From Candidatus Eiseniibacteriota bacterium (GTDB taxonomy: Bacteria > Eisenbacteria > RBG-16-71-46 > CAVPCR01), in NCBI GenBank assembly GCA_963702435.1, contig CAVPCR010000001.1, positions 768,001 through 832,000 of the forward strand: a DNA stretch of 64,000 bases. Direction: 5' to 3'. Positions within the stretch are counted from its first letter, which is position 1. Each line of letters starts with the position of its first letter. The position numbers and the translations under genes are program-made. This document shows, piece after piece, positions 31,012 through 43,221 of this stretch. A model generated the notes under the pieces. It saw nothing but the letters and a program-made list of their open reading frames with translations, ran no database searches and was not told where the DNA came from.

Positions 31012-31940
31012 GGCGGCGCCGGCGCCCGTGCCGGCACGAGCTTCACGTACGCGACGAGCGCCAGGATGCTCGCGGCGACCGCGATGAGCCCTGACTCCGG
31101 GCCGAACGCGCCGCCGGTCAGGAGCTCGGGCCCGCCGAGCCGGAGCGTCGAGAGCGGGGACCCGGCCGGACGCATCCCGCTCACCGCCGCGCCGAAGAGC
31201 CACCCCTGGGCCGCGTTCCAGCCGAAGTGCCAGCCGATCGGGAGCCACAGCGCACCGGAGCGGATCCGGCCGACGGCGAGCGCAACACCGGCCGTGAACA
31301 CGTGGGCGAAGGCGACCGCGTCGAACCCCGCGTTGCCCGCGTGCATGAGCGTGAAGACCGTCGCCGTGACGAGCACGGCGACGGTCCTGTTCCGGGCGGC
31401 GAGCTGCGTGAGCGCGTAGCCGCGATCGGTGATCTCCTCGAAGGCCGCGGCCGGCAACATGGCGAGGACCACGAGGGCGAGCGAGAGGAGAGCGCCGGCC
31501 AGTCCCGTGCCGCCGGCGAACGCGGCGCCCGGCGCGATCTCGGCCCAGCCCCCCGCGGCGGCAAGGAGCGGGACGAGCGCGAACTCGATCGTCCCGATCG
31601 CCGCGCCGAGGAGGAGATCGCGCCCCGCCCCCGCGCGCGCGAAGCCGACCTCGGCCCAGCCGAGCCGGGCGCGCCGCCGCATGAGGTGCGTGGCAAGAAG
31701 AGCGGCCAGGACCTCGGCGAGCCCGATCGGGATCAGGATCGGGTGATCGATCCCCACGTCATGGAGTGCGGTGACCGGATGGCCGGCGGCGCGGAGCGCA
31801 TGCCGCGCGAGACGGATCGGAGCGACGAAGAGGACGAGGAAGAGGAGCGTGAGCCCCCAGAAGAGGAGGATGCGACCGGCGATCCGCGCGGCCGACGGCG
31901 CTGGCCCCGGAATCGCTGCTGCGGGCGCCGGCAAGCTCAC
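30972..31940 (-). CDS. CPBP/Abi (CAAX-like) intramembrane glutamic protease
   Basis: FEEITDRG, FTLMH, LWLPIGWHFGWN, LTGGAFGPE; GTG start at 31940 overlapping the corrected upstream TGA. Confidence 0.8.
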   Translation of the reverse strand: MSLPAPAAAIPGPAPSAARIAGRILLFWGLTLLFLVLFVAPIRLARHALRAAGHPVTALHDVGIDHPILIPIGLAEVLAALLATHLMRRRARLGWAEVGFARAGAGRDLLLGAAIGTIEFALVPLLAAAGGWAEIAPGAAFAGGTGLAGALLSLALVVLAMLPAAAFEEITDRGYALTQLAARNRTVAVLVTATVFTLMHAGNAGFDAVAFAHVFTAGVALAVGRIRSGALWLPIGWHFGWNAAQGWLFGAAVSGMRPAGSPLSTLRLGGPELLTGGAFGPESGLIAVAASILALVAYVKLVPARAPAPPHPDTTTSSPIAS

Positions 31941-33320
31941 AGCTGCCCCGTCGCGTCCCATGCTCGCGAGGCGCGCCCGATAGACCGGGTCTTCGTAGCG
32001 CGCGACCGTGAAGGCCGGCGCGTAGGCCGGGAGCGCGCCGCCCGTGACGTGCGCGGCCAGCAGCTCGCCGGCCGCCTCGCCCGCCATCAGACCGAAGCCC
32101 GAGAGCGCCCCGATCACGTACGCCCCGGCCACCGGAAGCGGCCCGATGAGCGGCCGGTTCTCGCGCGTCTTCGTGTAGTAGCCGCCGTCCACCGCCGGCC
32201 GCGGCGCGTGTCCCCAGTAGGTGCCGAGCGCGGGGAGCATGGTCGTGAGTCCGCGCAGCACGATATCGGGAAAGGCCGGATCGAACGCGAGCGGCCAGGT
32301 CTCCGCGACCGGCGCCGCATCGTAGGCCCAGAGCATGAGGACGATCGGGCTCCCCGCCGCGCCCTCGGGACGCGCGTGCACGCCTCCGGGAAACGGGGCG
32401 AGGAGCCACGCGGTGTCGGCCGACTCGGCGAGCGCCGCGCGCTCGTCGTCCGTCCAGCCGAGGGCCTGCGGATCGGTCCAGATGAGAAGCGGTGCGTCGC
32501 GCGGGATCGCGCCCCGGTGATCGGTGAAGGCGATCTTCGCGTGCCGCTCCGAGAAGACCGGAAGCTCGAGCTCGATGAGGCGCGCGACCGGCGCGACGAA
32601 GGGGCCGGCCGCATTCACGAAGACCGGAGTGTCGACCCGGCCGCCCGCGGCCAGTGTGACCGCGCGCACGCGACCGCCGGCGACCGCGACGCGCTCGACG
32701 CGATCGCGCACGAGCTCGACGCCGTGCGCGCGCGCCCGTTCGAGGAGCGTCGTGCCGAGCTCCTGCCCGGAGAACCAGCCCGCGCGCCGGAGATGGAGCG
32801 CGGCCACCGTGCGCGGCGAGAGATAGGGGAAGTGCGCGCGGAGCACGGCCGGATCGCGGATCAGGTCGGCTCCGTCCGGCTGCCCCTCGAAGCCGAGATC
32901 GCCCGCGGTCGCCGCCGCCGCGACCGCGACCGGCACGTAGTCCCCCTCGCGGAGCGGGCCCGCGCCCTGCGCGGCGGCGCGCGCCGCCGCCGCCGCGAGC
33001 GACGCGGCGCGCTCCGGATCGGCGGTCGCATACACGTAGCCGCGCCGGCTCATGCGGAACGCATTCCCGGTCTCCCGCGCCAGGTCCTCGAGGAGGTCGA
33101 TGCTCCGGCTCATCAGACGCACCATGGCATCGTCGGGCCCGGGCCAGAAGGTCCGGTAGCACTCGGTCGACTTGTCGCTCGTGAGCGAGAGCGGCGGCCG
33201 CTCGTCGACGAGGAGGATGCGCCCGGCGCGGCCCGCGGCGCGCTGCCGGGCCAGGTGATGAGCGGCGGCGATCCCGGCGATGCCGGCCCCGCAGATCACC
33301 ATGTCGGCCGTGCGGACCAT
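31937..33320 (-). CDS. FAD-dependent oxidoreductase (DAO/sarcosine oxidase-like); apparent +1 indel near 31961
   Basis: VICGAGIAG, VNAAGP, GGYYTKTRENRPLIG, LSGFGLM; removing one base gives ...LASWDATGQL* with a GTGA overlap. Confidence 0.82.
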
Positions 33321-33326
33321 GGTGGC

Positions 33327-34247
33327 TCAGGGCGCGGGGAGGAGCCCGGCCGCTTCGAGCTCCGCCGCGACGCGGGCCTCGGTCGCCGCATCGAGCGCGA
33401 GGAGCGGCGGGCGCACGGGCCAGCGCGGGAAGCCGGCCGCGCGCGCGAGGAGCGCCTTCAAGAGCGCCGGCGCCGGCGGGTAGCGATCGAGGATCGCCCG
33501 CACCGCGGCGATCCGCGCCTGGACCGCCGGGGCCTCCTCCCCACGCGCGTGCGCGTCCCACACCTGGCGGAGTTCGGGCGAGTAGAGGTTCGCGGGCGCG
33601 GTGATGCAGCCGGCGGCGCCGGCCGCCAGCGCCGGCGCAAAAAGTGGATCCGTGCCGTTGAAAATGACGAGGCCGCGACCGAAGCGCGCGCCGAGCGCGC
33701 GGGCGTGACCGAGGTCGGCGGAGGAGTCCTTGAGGCCGGCGAAGCGCCCGGGAAAGGCCGCGGCGAGCCGGGCGAGGAGATCGAGCGAGAGCGGGACCCC
33801 GGACACGCCGGGGATGTGGTAGCCGAGAAGCCGAGCCCCCGCCGGCACCGCGCGCTCGACGACCGCGCTGAACCAGGCGAAGAGGCCGTCGTCGGTCGCG
33901 CGCCGGTAGTAATAGGGCGGGAGGACGATGGTCCCGTCGAAGCCGAGGTCATACGCCGCGCGCGTGAGGGCGATCGTCTCCTCGAGGCTCGGCGTGCCGG
34001 TCCCGGCGAGGAGGCGGAAGCCGGGATGCTCGTCGCGGACGCGGCGCGCCGCCGTGAAGATCGCGATCCGCTCGGCCTGGGCGAAGGAGGGGCCTTCCCC
34101 GGTCGTCCCCAGGATGAGCGCGCCGTGACAGCCGCGCCGGGCGAGGAAGGAGAGGAGCGGCGGGATCGCGGCGAGATCGGGCGCAAAGTCCGCCGTGAGC
34201 GGCGTCACCGCCGCGGCGAAGACGCCGCCGAGAGCGTTTTGTTCCAT
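33327..34247 (-). CDS. Dihydrodipicolinate synthase/NAL-family protein
   Basis: VTP, GTTGEG, PPYYY, GYHIP, GLKDSS. Confidence 0.88.
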   Translation of the reverse strand: MEQNALGGVFAAAVTPLTADFAPDLAAIPPLLSFLARRGCHGALILGTTGEGPSFAQAERIAIFTAARRVRDEHPGFRLLAGTGTPSLEETIALTRAAYDLGFDGTIVLPPYYYRRATDDGLFAWFSAVVERAVPAGARLLGYHIPGVSGVPLSLDLLARLAAAFPGRFAGLKDSSADLGHARALGARFGRGLVIFNGTDPLFAPALAAGAAGCITAPANLYSPELRQVWDAHARGEEAPAVQARIAAVRAILDRYPPAPALLKALLARAAGFPRWPVRPPLLALDAATEARVAAELEAAGLLPAP

Positions 34248-34296
34248 GACCGGTCCCATCCGTGGGCCGCAAGACCGAGTCGCCAGGCCATAGCAA

Positions 34297-34334
34297 GAGC
34301 GAGGCCCGGAGGATCACTCCACCGGGCCTCGCTC
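34297..34334 (-). terminator. Hairpin (terminator of the upstream gene or leader of the DHDPS-family operon)
   Basis: 13-bp stem GAGCGAGGCCCGG/CCGGGCCTCGCTC; a minus-strand TATACT lies immediately 5' of it. Confidence 0.45.
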
Positions 34335-34377
34335 GAGTATAGCCGATCCGGAAGCCGGCCGGGATGTCGGCTCTCGT

Positions 34378-35133
34378 CTACCGCGCGAACACCGACTTGA
34401 CCTGACCCCAGGTCGCGGGCTCGACCGCGGTCGCGCCGTGGCAGGCCCACTGCGCGATGTTGTTCGCGAGAAGCGTGTTCTGTGCGGCTCCGATGGAGCT
34501 GTTGGCGAACATGTTGTGATCGCCGGTGACGAGGACCCGCCCCGCGTGCGGGAAGCCGGTCGCCGGCTCGAGGACGACCATGAAGGTGTTGTTGGCGTTG
34601 TCCACGCCGAGGCGCAGGGCGTCCCCGCCATAGTTGAAGGTGGAGTTCGTGACGTAGTAGAAGCTCGAGACGCCGGCAATGATCGGGTGGGCGTTCACCG
34701 TCGTGCCATTCGCACTGCCGCTGATCGCCGTGTAGCCGGTCACCCCGTACACCTGGGTGAAGGACTCGTAGGCCGGGAGCGGAAAGATGTCGGCGGTCAC
34801 GATGAGCGTGCCGCCGGCGTTGATCCAGGCCTGGAGCGCGGTCTGCTCGGCGGCGGAGAGGATGCCCGTCGCCGTCGAGAGGAGCGATGTGTAGAAGACG
34901 TCGACCGAGCCCAGGTACGCCGCCGTCAGGCTCGGCGCCGCCGCGGAGATGGTGCCGCCGTTCGCCGTGATGATGTTGCGCAGCGTCGAGTGCTCGGTCC
35001 CGTTACTCAGTACGCCGCCGGCATAGTTGATGCGGGTGGCATCGAAGCTGCCCCAGCGGCACCCGGTCTGGGCGGCGGCGACGGTGGGGAGGGCGACGAG
35101 CAGGACGAGAGCAATCGTTATCCAGGACTTCAA
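34378..35133 (-). CDS. Secreted protein (GATase-like/DUF4350-like fold) with C-terminal TWGxxK tail
   Basis: GGAGGT-TTG start, signal peptide; LSAAEQTALQAWINAGGTLIV, GRVLVTGD..F, N..LANN; ends TAVEPATWGQVKSVFAR. Confidence 0.75.
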   Translation of the reverse strand: MKSWITIALVLLVALPTVAAAQTGCRWGSFDATRINYAGGVLSNGTEHSTLRNIITANGGTISAAAPSLTAAYLGSVDVFYTSLLSTATGILSAAEQTALQAWINAGGTLIVTADIFPLPAYESFTQVYGVTGYTAISGSANGTTVNAHPIIAGVSSFYYVTNSTFNYGGDALRLGVDNANNTFMVVLEPATGFPHAGRVLVTGDHNMFANSSIGAAQNTLLANNIAQWACHGATAVEPATWGQVKSVFAR

Positions 35134-35364
35134 TTGGAGGACCTCCGTATCCGAGATGTGTACAAGGCAGGTGGGGCGCGGGCCCCGGTGAGGACGTGAT
35201 CGTAGCACGGACCGCCCGAACTCCGGGCCACTATCAGGTTCGCACCACCCGCAAAAAAGAGGACCTCTTCCTCGCAAGATCCTTTATCTTCTTCGCGTGC
35301 CCCGCCGCAAGCGCGGCAAGGGCCGCATGCGTCAACCTGAAGGACGGGTCCACGGGAGATCCCC

Positions 35365-36498
35365 ATGAACCGGAAGCTCGTTCGTTCGGCCCTTGTTGCC
35401 GCCGCCCTGCTCCTCGCCGCCGCCGGCCTCTCCCCTGCTGCCACCTTGGATCCCAGCGCCACCTGCGGGGAGTGCCACAAGGACATCCACCGGATGTGGT
35501 CGGCGTCGGCGCACGCCCGCTCCATGGAGGACGAGGTCTTCCTCGAGGCCTACCGCGAGGCCAAGTCCACCGAGAGCGAGGCGGTGGCGAGGCAGTGCCT
35601 CGCCTGCCACGCGCCGCTCACCGCGGTCAACGCCGACTGGAACCTCGCCCAGAAGATCACCTGGGAAGGCGTCCACTGCGACGTCTGCCACGGCATGACC
35701 GGGGTGGACATGACCGGCCCCAATCCGCGGCCGGTCCTCGACATCGGGAAGGTCAAGCGCGGGCCGATCAAGGACGCGGCGTCCTCCGCGCACGAGGTCG
35801 CATTCTCGGAGCTGCACACGACCGCCCTCGCCTGCGCCCCGTGCCACGAGGGCTCGACTGCCGACGGGGTCAAGGTGATGACGACCTACACCGAGTACCT
35901 GGCGAGCGGCGCGGCCAGGGACGGGAAGACCTGCCAGACCTGCCACATGGGGAAGACGCGGGCCAACGTGGTGGACCCGAAGGTCGCGCGGGTCGCGACC
36001 GCTGAGGTCAACCTGCACGAGGTGCCCGGCGGCCACTCGCTCGATCAGCTGCACAAGGCGCTGCAGGTGGCGCTCGACCCGAAACGCCAGGGCGATTCGC
36101 TCCTCGTCACCGTGCGCCTCACCAACAAGGGTGCCGGCCATGCGGTCCCCACCGGCATGCCGGGGCGCCGGGTGATCCTGGATCTCGCGGTCCGCAGCGG
36201 CACCGGCGATGCGTTCGAGGGAAAGCGGGTCTACACGAAGACCTTCAGCGACGCCCAGGGCGCGACCATCACGCGCGACAGCAAGTACTTCACCAGGGGC
36301 TTGCAGCTCGAGGCCGACACCCGCATCCAGGCCGACGAGAAGCGCACGGAGGTCTTCAGCTTCCCGGTGCCCGCCTCGGCTACCGCGCACGTGACGCTCA
36401 AGCTCCATTACGAGCACACGCCGACGGGCGGACCCGAGAATCGCACCTGGCTCACCTTCTACTCGGAGAACCGGACGCTGCCGCCCGGCGGGCGCTAG
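35365..36498 (+). CDS. Pentaheme cytochrome c (c554-like) with C-terminal beta domain
   Basis: Signal peptide; CGECH, CLACH, CDVCH, CAPCH, CQTCH; GAGHAVPTG. Confidence 0.9.
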   Translation: MNRKLVRSALVAAALLLAAAGLSPAATLDPSATCGECHKDIHRMWSASAHARSMEDEVFLEAYREAKSTESEAVARQCLACHAPLTAVNADWNLAQKITWEGVHCDVCHGMTGVDMTGPNPRPVLDIGKVKRGPIKDAASSAHEVAFSELHTTALACAPCHEGSTADGVKVMTTYTEYLASGAARDGKTCQTCHMGKTRANVVDPKVARVATAEVNLHEVPGGHSLDQLHKALQVALDPKRQGDSLLVTVRLTNKGAGHAVPTGMPGRRVILDLAVRSGTGDAFEGKRVYTKTFSDAQGATITRDSKYFTRGLQLEADTRIQADEKRTEVFSFPVPASATAHVTLKLHYEHTPTGGPENRTWLTFYSENRTLPPGGR

Positions 36499-36551
36499 AC
36501 GCCGGCATCACGAGACACGCGAAGCAGGGACACTCAGGGAGGAGATAACGG

Positions 36552-37028
36552 ATGGCGAAGGATTCGCATTCCACGGGGCAGATCCACGGCGGCGCGGGGG
36601 CTCCGGTCTCGAGGCGCGGCTTCCTGGACGGGCTCCTCGCCCTCTCGGTCGGGGCGCTGGCGGCGGCGGTGGTCTATCCCATCATCCGCTACCTGAGCCC
36701 GCCTCGTGTCCCGGAGGCGACGACCAACCGGATCCTCGCCGCCAAGAAGCCGGAGCTCGCCCAGGAAGGATGGAAGATCTTTCCCTTCGGCTCGGAGCCG
36801 GGGATCCTGATCGAGGTGAATCCCGGCGAGTATCGCGCCTTCTCGGCCACCTGCACGCATCTCGATTGCACGGTGCAGTTCGAGAAGGGCTCGCGCCGCA
36901 TCTGGTGCGCCTGTCACAACGGCTTCTACGATCTGAACGGACGCAACGTCGCCGGCCCCCCTCCCCACCCGCTCACGCCGTACACCGTGCAGGTCGAGGG
37001 CGACGACATCTTCGTCACCCGCTCGTGA
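36552..37028 (+). CDS. Rieske 2Fe-2S protein with Tat anchor
   Basis: SRRGFL; CTHLDC and CACHNG. Confidence 0.93.
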   Translation: MAKDSHSTGQIHGGAGAPVSRRGFLDGLLALSVGALAAAVVYPIIRYLSPPRVPEATTNRILAAKKPELAQEGWKIFPFGSEPGILIEVNPGEYRAFSATCTHLDCTVQFEKGSRRIWCACHNGFYDLNGRNVAGPPPHPLTPYTVQVEGDDIFVTRS

Positions 37029-37092
37029 CGCGGGAGAGAGAGAGCGCGCGCGCCGCGCGGCCCCAGGACTCAAGGCAAGGTGGAGGTTCGGC

Positions 37093-38250
37093 ATGGGATG
37101 GGATCAAGTCGGCCGCTGGCTCGATGACCGGATCGGGCTCGCGGGCCTCAAGCATCTCGCGGAGAAGAAGACCGTACCGGTCCACCGCGAGACCCCCTGG
37201 TACTACTTCGGGGGCATGACCCTCTTCTTCTTCATCGTGCAGGTCGCGACCGGGATCATGCTCATGCTCTACTACCGGCCGTCGGCCGAGGGCGCCTTCG
37301 AATCGGTGCAGTTCATCATCACCCAGGTGCCGTTCGGCTGGCTCATCCGCTCGATCCACTCCTGGTCGGCCAATCTCATGGTGCTCGCCGCCTTCGTGCA
37401 CCTGTTCTCGGTGTTCTTCCTGAAGGCCTACCGGGCTCCGCGCGAGGTGACCTGGCTCTCCGGGTTCCTGCTCCTCGTGCTCGCTCTCGCCTTCGGCTTC
37501 TCCGGCTATCTCCTGCCGTGGAACAAGCTCGCCTTCTTCGCCACCAAGGTGGGCACCGACATCGCCGGGGCGATGCCGTTCGTCGGCGGGTTCATCCTCC
37601 GCTTCCTGCGCGGCGGCGACCACGTCACCGGCGGCACGCTCTCCCGGTTCTACGGCGTGCACGTGGCGATCCTGCCGGCGATGACGACGGCGCTCCTCGC
37701 CCTCCATCTGATCCTCGTGCAGAAGCACGGCATGAGCGTGCCGCCGCACATCGAGCGGGAGCCCGAACCGAAGGCGAAGGGCATGCCCTTCGTGCCGGAC
37801 TTCCTCCTCCGCGACCTCTTCGGCTGGACGCTCGCGCTCGCCGTCCTGGCCACGCTCGCGGCGCTCTTCCCGTGGGAGCTCGGGGAGAAGGCCGACCCCT
37901 TCGCGCCGGCCTTCGCCAACATCAAGCCCGAGTGGTACTTCATGTTCATGTTCCAGACGCTCAAGTACATCCCCGGCGGCGAGCTCTTCGGCCTCGAGAA
38001 CGAGTCCTATGCGGTCATCGGCTTCGGGCTCGCCGGGCTCGCCGCTTTCCTCGTGCCGTTCCTCGACCGCCGCGTCGAGCGCGAGGGGAAGAGCCCGCCG
38101 TTCACGATCGCCGGGGTGATCGCCCTCCTCTTCATCGTCGTCCTCACCTGCGCCGGCTACCACGCCTGGTGGCCGGCGGCGGCGGCGGTGGCGCTCACGG
38201 TCCTCCCGTGGCTCGCCGGACGTGCCGCCGCGCGCGGAGGTCGGACATGA
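37093..38250 (+). CDS. petB: Cytochrome b of a Rieske/cyt b complex (b6 + subunit IV in one chain)
   Basis: YYFGG, RSIHSW, GYLLPW, RFYGVH, IKPEWYF. Confidence 0.93.
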   Translation: MGWDQVGRWLDDRIGLAGLKHLAEKKTVPVHRETPWYYFGGMTLFFFIVQVATGIMLMLYYRPSAEGAFESVQFIITQVPFGWLIRSIHSWSANLMVLAAFVHLFSVFFLKAYRAPREVTWLSGFLLLVLALAFGFSGYLLPWNKLAFFATKVGTDIAGAMPFVGGFILRFLRGGDHVTGGTLSRFYGVHVAILPAMTTALLALHLILVQKHGMSVPPHIEREPEPKAKGMPFVPDFLLRDLFGWTLALAVLATLAALFPWELGEKADPFAPAFANIKPEWYFMFMFQTLKYIPGGELFGLENESYAVIGFGLAGLAAFLVPFLDRRVEREGKSPPFTIAGVIALLFIVVLTCAGYHAWWPAAAAVALTVLPWLAGRAAARGGRT

Positions 38251-39953
38251 ACGCACGCGACTCGATCTGCCGGGCGTCGCTCGCGATCCTGGTCCTCTCC
38301 GCGACCGCGCTCCTCGCGGCCGGCGCCGCCGCCCAGCCGGGGGCGCCCGCCAAGAGCTCGTCCTGCGTCACCTGCCACGCGGGACTCGACGACCAGCTGC
38401 TCGCGCCGACCACGCACTGGGCGGCCGACGTGCACGCGGGAGCCGGGCTCGGCTGCACCGACTGCCACGGCGGAGATCCGACGGCGGACGATCCCGAGGC
38501 CTCGATGTCGCCGGCCAAGGGGTTCAAGAAGAGCCCCGGCCGGCTCGAGATCGCCGGGTTCTGCGCTCGCTGCCACTCCGACGCCGTGTACATGAAGAGG
38601 TTCAACCCGCAGGCGCGCGTGGACCAGCTCATCGAGTACCGCACGAGCGTGCACGGGAAGCTGAATGCGAGCGGCGACCCGACGCCGGCGACCTGCACCG
38701 ACTGCCACGGCGCCCACGGAGTGCGCCCGGTCTCGTCGCCGGACTCGCCGGTCTATGCGACCAACGTGCCGGAGACCTGCGCGCGCTGTCACTCCGACGC
38801 AGCCCTGATGGCGCCCTACGGCATCCCGACCGATCAGCTCGCGGAGTACCGGCGGAGCGCGCACGCCGCGGCGCTCTACGAAGCCGGCGACGTGTCGGCG
38901 CCCGCCTGCAACGACTGCCACGGAAACCACGGCGCGACACCACCAGGCGTCCAGTCGGTGGCCAACGTCTGCGGCCAGTGTCACGGGCGGGAGCAGACTC
39001 TCTTCACCGCCTCGTTCAAGGAGAAGCTCTTCGAGGACCTGGGGGTCGCCCAGTGCTCGGTGTGCCACGGCCATCACCAGGTATTGCATCCCACCCCCGA
39101 GCTCTTCAACTCGGACTCGGAGCCGGCCGTGTCCCAGGGCGAGGTGGTCGAGAAGCGGCCCTTCGCCGCGGCCATCGGCGCCATCCCGGCGGGCGGGCAG
39201 GCCGAGGCCGTATGGCGCACGGTGCTCCGGCCGCACATCAAGCCGGGCGACGAGCGCTTCGGACACACGATCGAGATCACGGCCGCCGGCCTCACCGCAC
39301 CCCTCACGCTGGATGCGACCGTCGAGCCGGGCCCGGTCGTCCCGGGAACCCTGGTGCGGAAGACGGCGGCCGGGCCGCTGGCCGCGACCCTCGAGATCGA
39401 GCCGCTCTCCGGCACGCCGGTCCAGGGCGGCGACGCGCTCAGGATGAAGCTCGTGCTGGCGGCCACGGCGGCCGTCGAGGAGGTCCGGATCACGGATCGC
39501 CCGGGCGCGGCCGTCGACCCCCTGGCCGGGTCGGCCTGTCTCGGCTGCCACACGCGCGGCGACCCCTGCGACGAGCAGACCGCGCGTATGTACGCGGCCC
39601 TCTCGAGCCTCGACCGCGAGCTCCGCGCGGCGGGTGAGACGCTCCATCGCGCCGAGATCGCCGGCATGGAGGTGAGCGAGCCCCTGTTCGAGCTCAAGAG
39701 CAAGGGGAAGCCGGCGACAGTCGAGTCGCGCGCGCTGATCCACAGCTTCGACCCCGATCGGCTCACCGCGCGCACCGACGAGGGGAAGAGCATCGCCGCG
39801 GCGGCGCGCGCCGCCGGGGAACGGGCCCTCGCCGAGATCAAGACCCGGCGGACGGGGCTCCTCGTGTCGCTCGTCCTCGTGGCCCTGGTCCTCGCCGCGC
39901 TCGGGCTCAAGATCCGCGAGGTCGAACGGGAGCGGCGGGCCCGCGCTGCGTAA
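38247..39953 (+). CDS. Membrane-anchored nonaheme cytochrome c
   Basis: ATGA overlap with cyt b; signal peptide; nine CxxCH (CVTCH, CTDCH, CARCH, CTDCH, CARCH, CNDCH, CGQCH, CSVCH, CLGCH); C-terminal TM helix. Confidence 0.9.
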   Translation: MNARDSICRASLAILVLSATALLAAGAAAQPGAPAKSSSCVTCHAGLDDQLLAPTTHWAADVHAGAGLGCTDCHGGDPTADDPEASMSPAKGFKKSPGRLEIAGFCARCHSDAVYMKRFNPQARVDQLIEYRTSVHGKLNASGDPTPATCTDCHGAHGVRPVSSPDSPVYATNVPETCARCHSDAALMAPYGIPTDQLAEYRRSAHAAALYEAGDVSAPACNDCHGNHGATPPGVQSVANVCGQCHGREQTLFTASFKEKLFEDLGVAQCSVCHGHHQVLHPTPELFNSDSEPAVSQGEVVEKRPFAAAIGAIPAGGQAEAVWRTVLRPHIKPGDERFGHTIEITAAGLTAPLTLDATVEPGPVVPGTLVRKTAAGPLAATLEIEPLSGTPVQGGDALRMKLVLAATAAVEEVRITDRPGAAVDPLAGSACLGCHTRGDPCDEQTARMYAALSSLDRELRAAGETLHRAEIAGMEVSEPLFELKSKGKPATVESRALIHSFDPDRLTARTDEGKSIAAAARAAGERALAEIKTRRTGLLVSLVLVALVLAALGLKIREVERERRARAA

Positions 39954-40069
39954 GAGCGCCGCCGCCGATCGAAACCGAGCCGCGCGCCGGTTCCCCCCGG
40001 GGGTGCCGGCGCGCCGCACTTCCGGCGCAAATCATTGTCCTACAAAGCGTTGGACCGGAGACCTGACGC

Positions 40070-40109
40070 CGGTACACCCCTTGCAAGTTCCTCCGCGACG
40101 CACTACGAT
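40070..40109 (+). promoter_or_regulatory. Overlapping sigma70-like and sigma54-like promoter of the aminotransferase-pckA operon
   Basis: TTGCAA(40081)-17 nt-TACGAT; also CGGTAC-ACCCC-TTGCA (GG-N10-GC). Confidence 0.5.
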
Positions 40110-40305
40110 GCATGGAGTCCGGCGGCGAGAAACAGCCCGCCGGGCTCGAGGCGAAGCGCCGGGATCCCATCCCTCCTCGGCTTCGATCGCCATGCCTCCA
40201 GTGCAGGTCCATTGACACGTGGACACGTCCACATGGGCGCGCGCTGAATCCCTTGAATCCCGCTCCGACCCCGAGGCAGGTCGATATCGAAGGAAGGTGG
40301 AGGCC

Positions 40306-41519
40306 ATGAGCATCAGTCAGCTGGCCCGGTCTGTCCGCGAATCCCCCACGCTCAAGCTCAACGAGACGGCCGCCTCGCTCCGCGACAAGGGCGAGCCGGT
40401 CATTCATCTCGGAGGAGGTGAACCGAAGAGCAAGGCGCCGATCGACGCCGTGGTGAACTGCGCAACACAGCTCAACACGGGCGATGTGCGCTACGCGCCG
40501 GCGGACGGCTTGCCCGCGCTCAAGAAGGCGATCATCCGCTACACCGAGGAGCACTACCGGAAGCTCGTCGCGCCGGAGAACATCGTCGTCTCGAGCGGGG
40601 CCAAGCAGTCCATCATGAACATCCTGTACTGCATCCTCGAGCCCAAGGACGAGGTCATCTTCCCGGCACCCTACTGGGTGAGCTACCCGGAGATGGTGAA
40701 GATCGCCGGCGGGGTGCCGGTCGTGATCACGCCCGAGGACGGCACCTTCCACCCGCGGATCGAGGAGATCGCGCGCGCGGTGGGCTCCTATACCAGGGCC
40801 ATCATCCTCAACAGCCCGAACAATCCGTCGGGGGCCATGTACTCGCGCGACTTCATCGCCGACGTCGTCTCGCTCTGCGAGCGCAAGAACCTCTACCTGA
40901 TCATGGACGACCTCTACAACCGGCTCGTCTTCGAGGGGAAGACCGCGCCCAACGCCTACGAGTTCGCCCAGGACCAGAGCGAGACCGCGAAGCTGATCAC
41001 GGTCCAGGGCGTCTCCAAGATGTACGCGATGACCGGTTTCCGCATCGGCTGGGCGATCGTGCACAAGGAGCTGGCGCGGGCGATGGCCAACATCCAGTCG
41101 CACCAGACCTCGGGCCCGTCCACCGTGTCGCAGTGGGCGGCGATCGGCGCCCTGAACGGAGTGCAGACCTCGATCAGCAATCTGCGCCTCACTCTCGAGA
41201 ACAACCGCAATGTGATGGTGGACCGGCTCCGCGCCTTCAACGGGGTCAAGGTGACCAAGCCCGACGGCACCTTCTACTGCTTCCCCGACTTCACCGCTTA
41301 CAACAAGGACTCGGTGAAGCTCGCCGAGTTCCTGCTCGAGAAGGTGCGCGTGGTGGTCGTCCCCGGCAAGGAGTTCGGGATGGAAGGGCACCTGCGCCTC
41401 TCCTACTGCGGGACGATCAAGGAGGTCACCGAGGGCATCGAGCGCATCAAGTGGGCGCTCGATCCGAACGCTCCGAACGAGCTGTTCATGGGCGACCGCA
41501 AGCTGGTGAGGGACTGGCT

Positions 41520-41523
<4 letters not shown>
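40306..41523 (+). CDS. aspC: Aspartate aminotransferase (PLP class I)
   Basis: GGAGG RBS; GAKQ, PYWVSY, NSPNNPSG, SKMYAMTGFRIG. Confidence 0.9.
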
Positions 41524-43184
<1,661 letters not shown>

Positions 43185-43221
43185 AGGAGGCGGCACCATC
43201 CTGCGCGTCGTTGCCTGTGTA

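Noticed and set aside
30972..33320. 782-aa FAD oxidoreductase-CPBP protease fusion in the ORF track
   Set aside because: Removing one base near 31961 gives a natural ...WDATGQL* end overlapping a GTG start (GTGA); two genes plus an indel is the simpler explanation
31227..34400. Long antisense/alternate-frame ORFs (this 1057-aa one, 2896-4884, 18775-20682, 50038-52335 and similar)
   Set aside because: Arg/Gly/Pro-rich shadow ORFs expected at this GC content, lying opposite genes with clear family motifs
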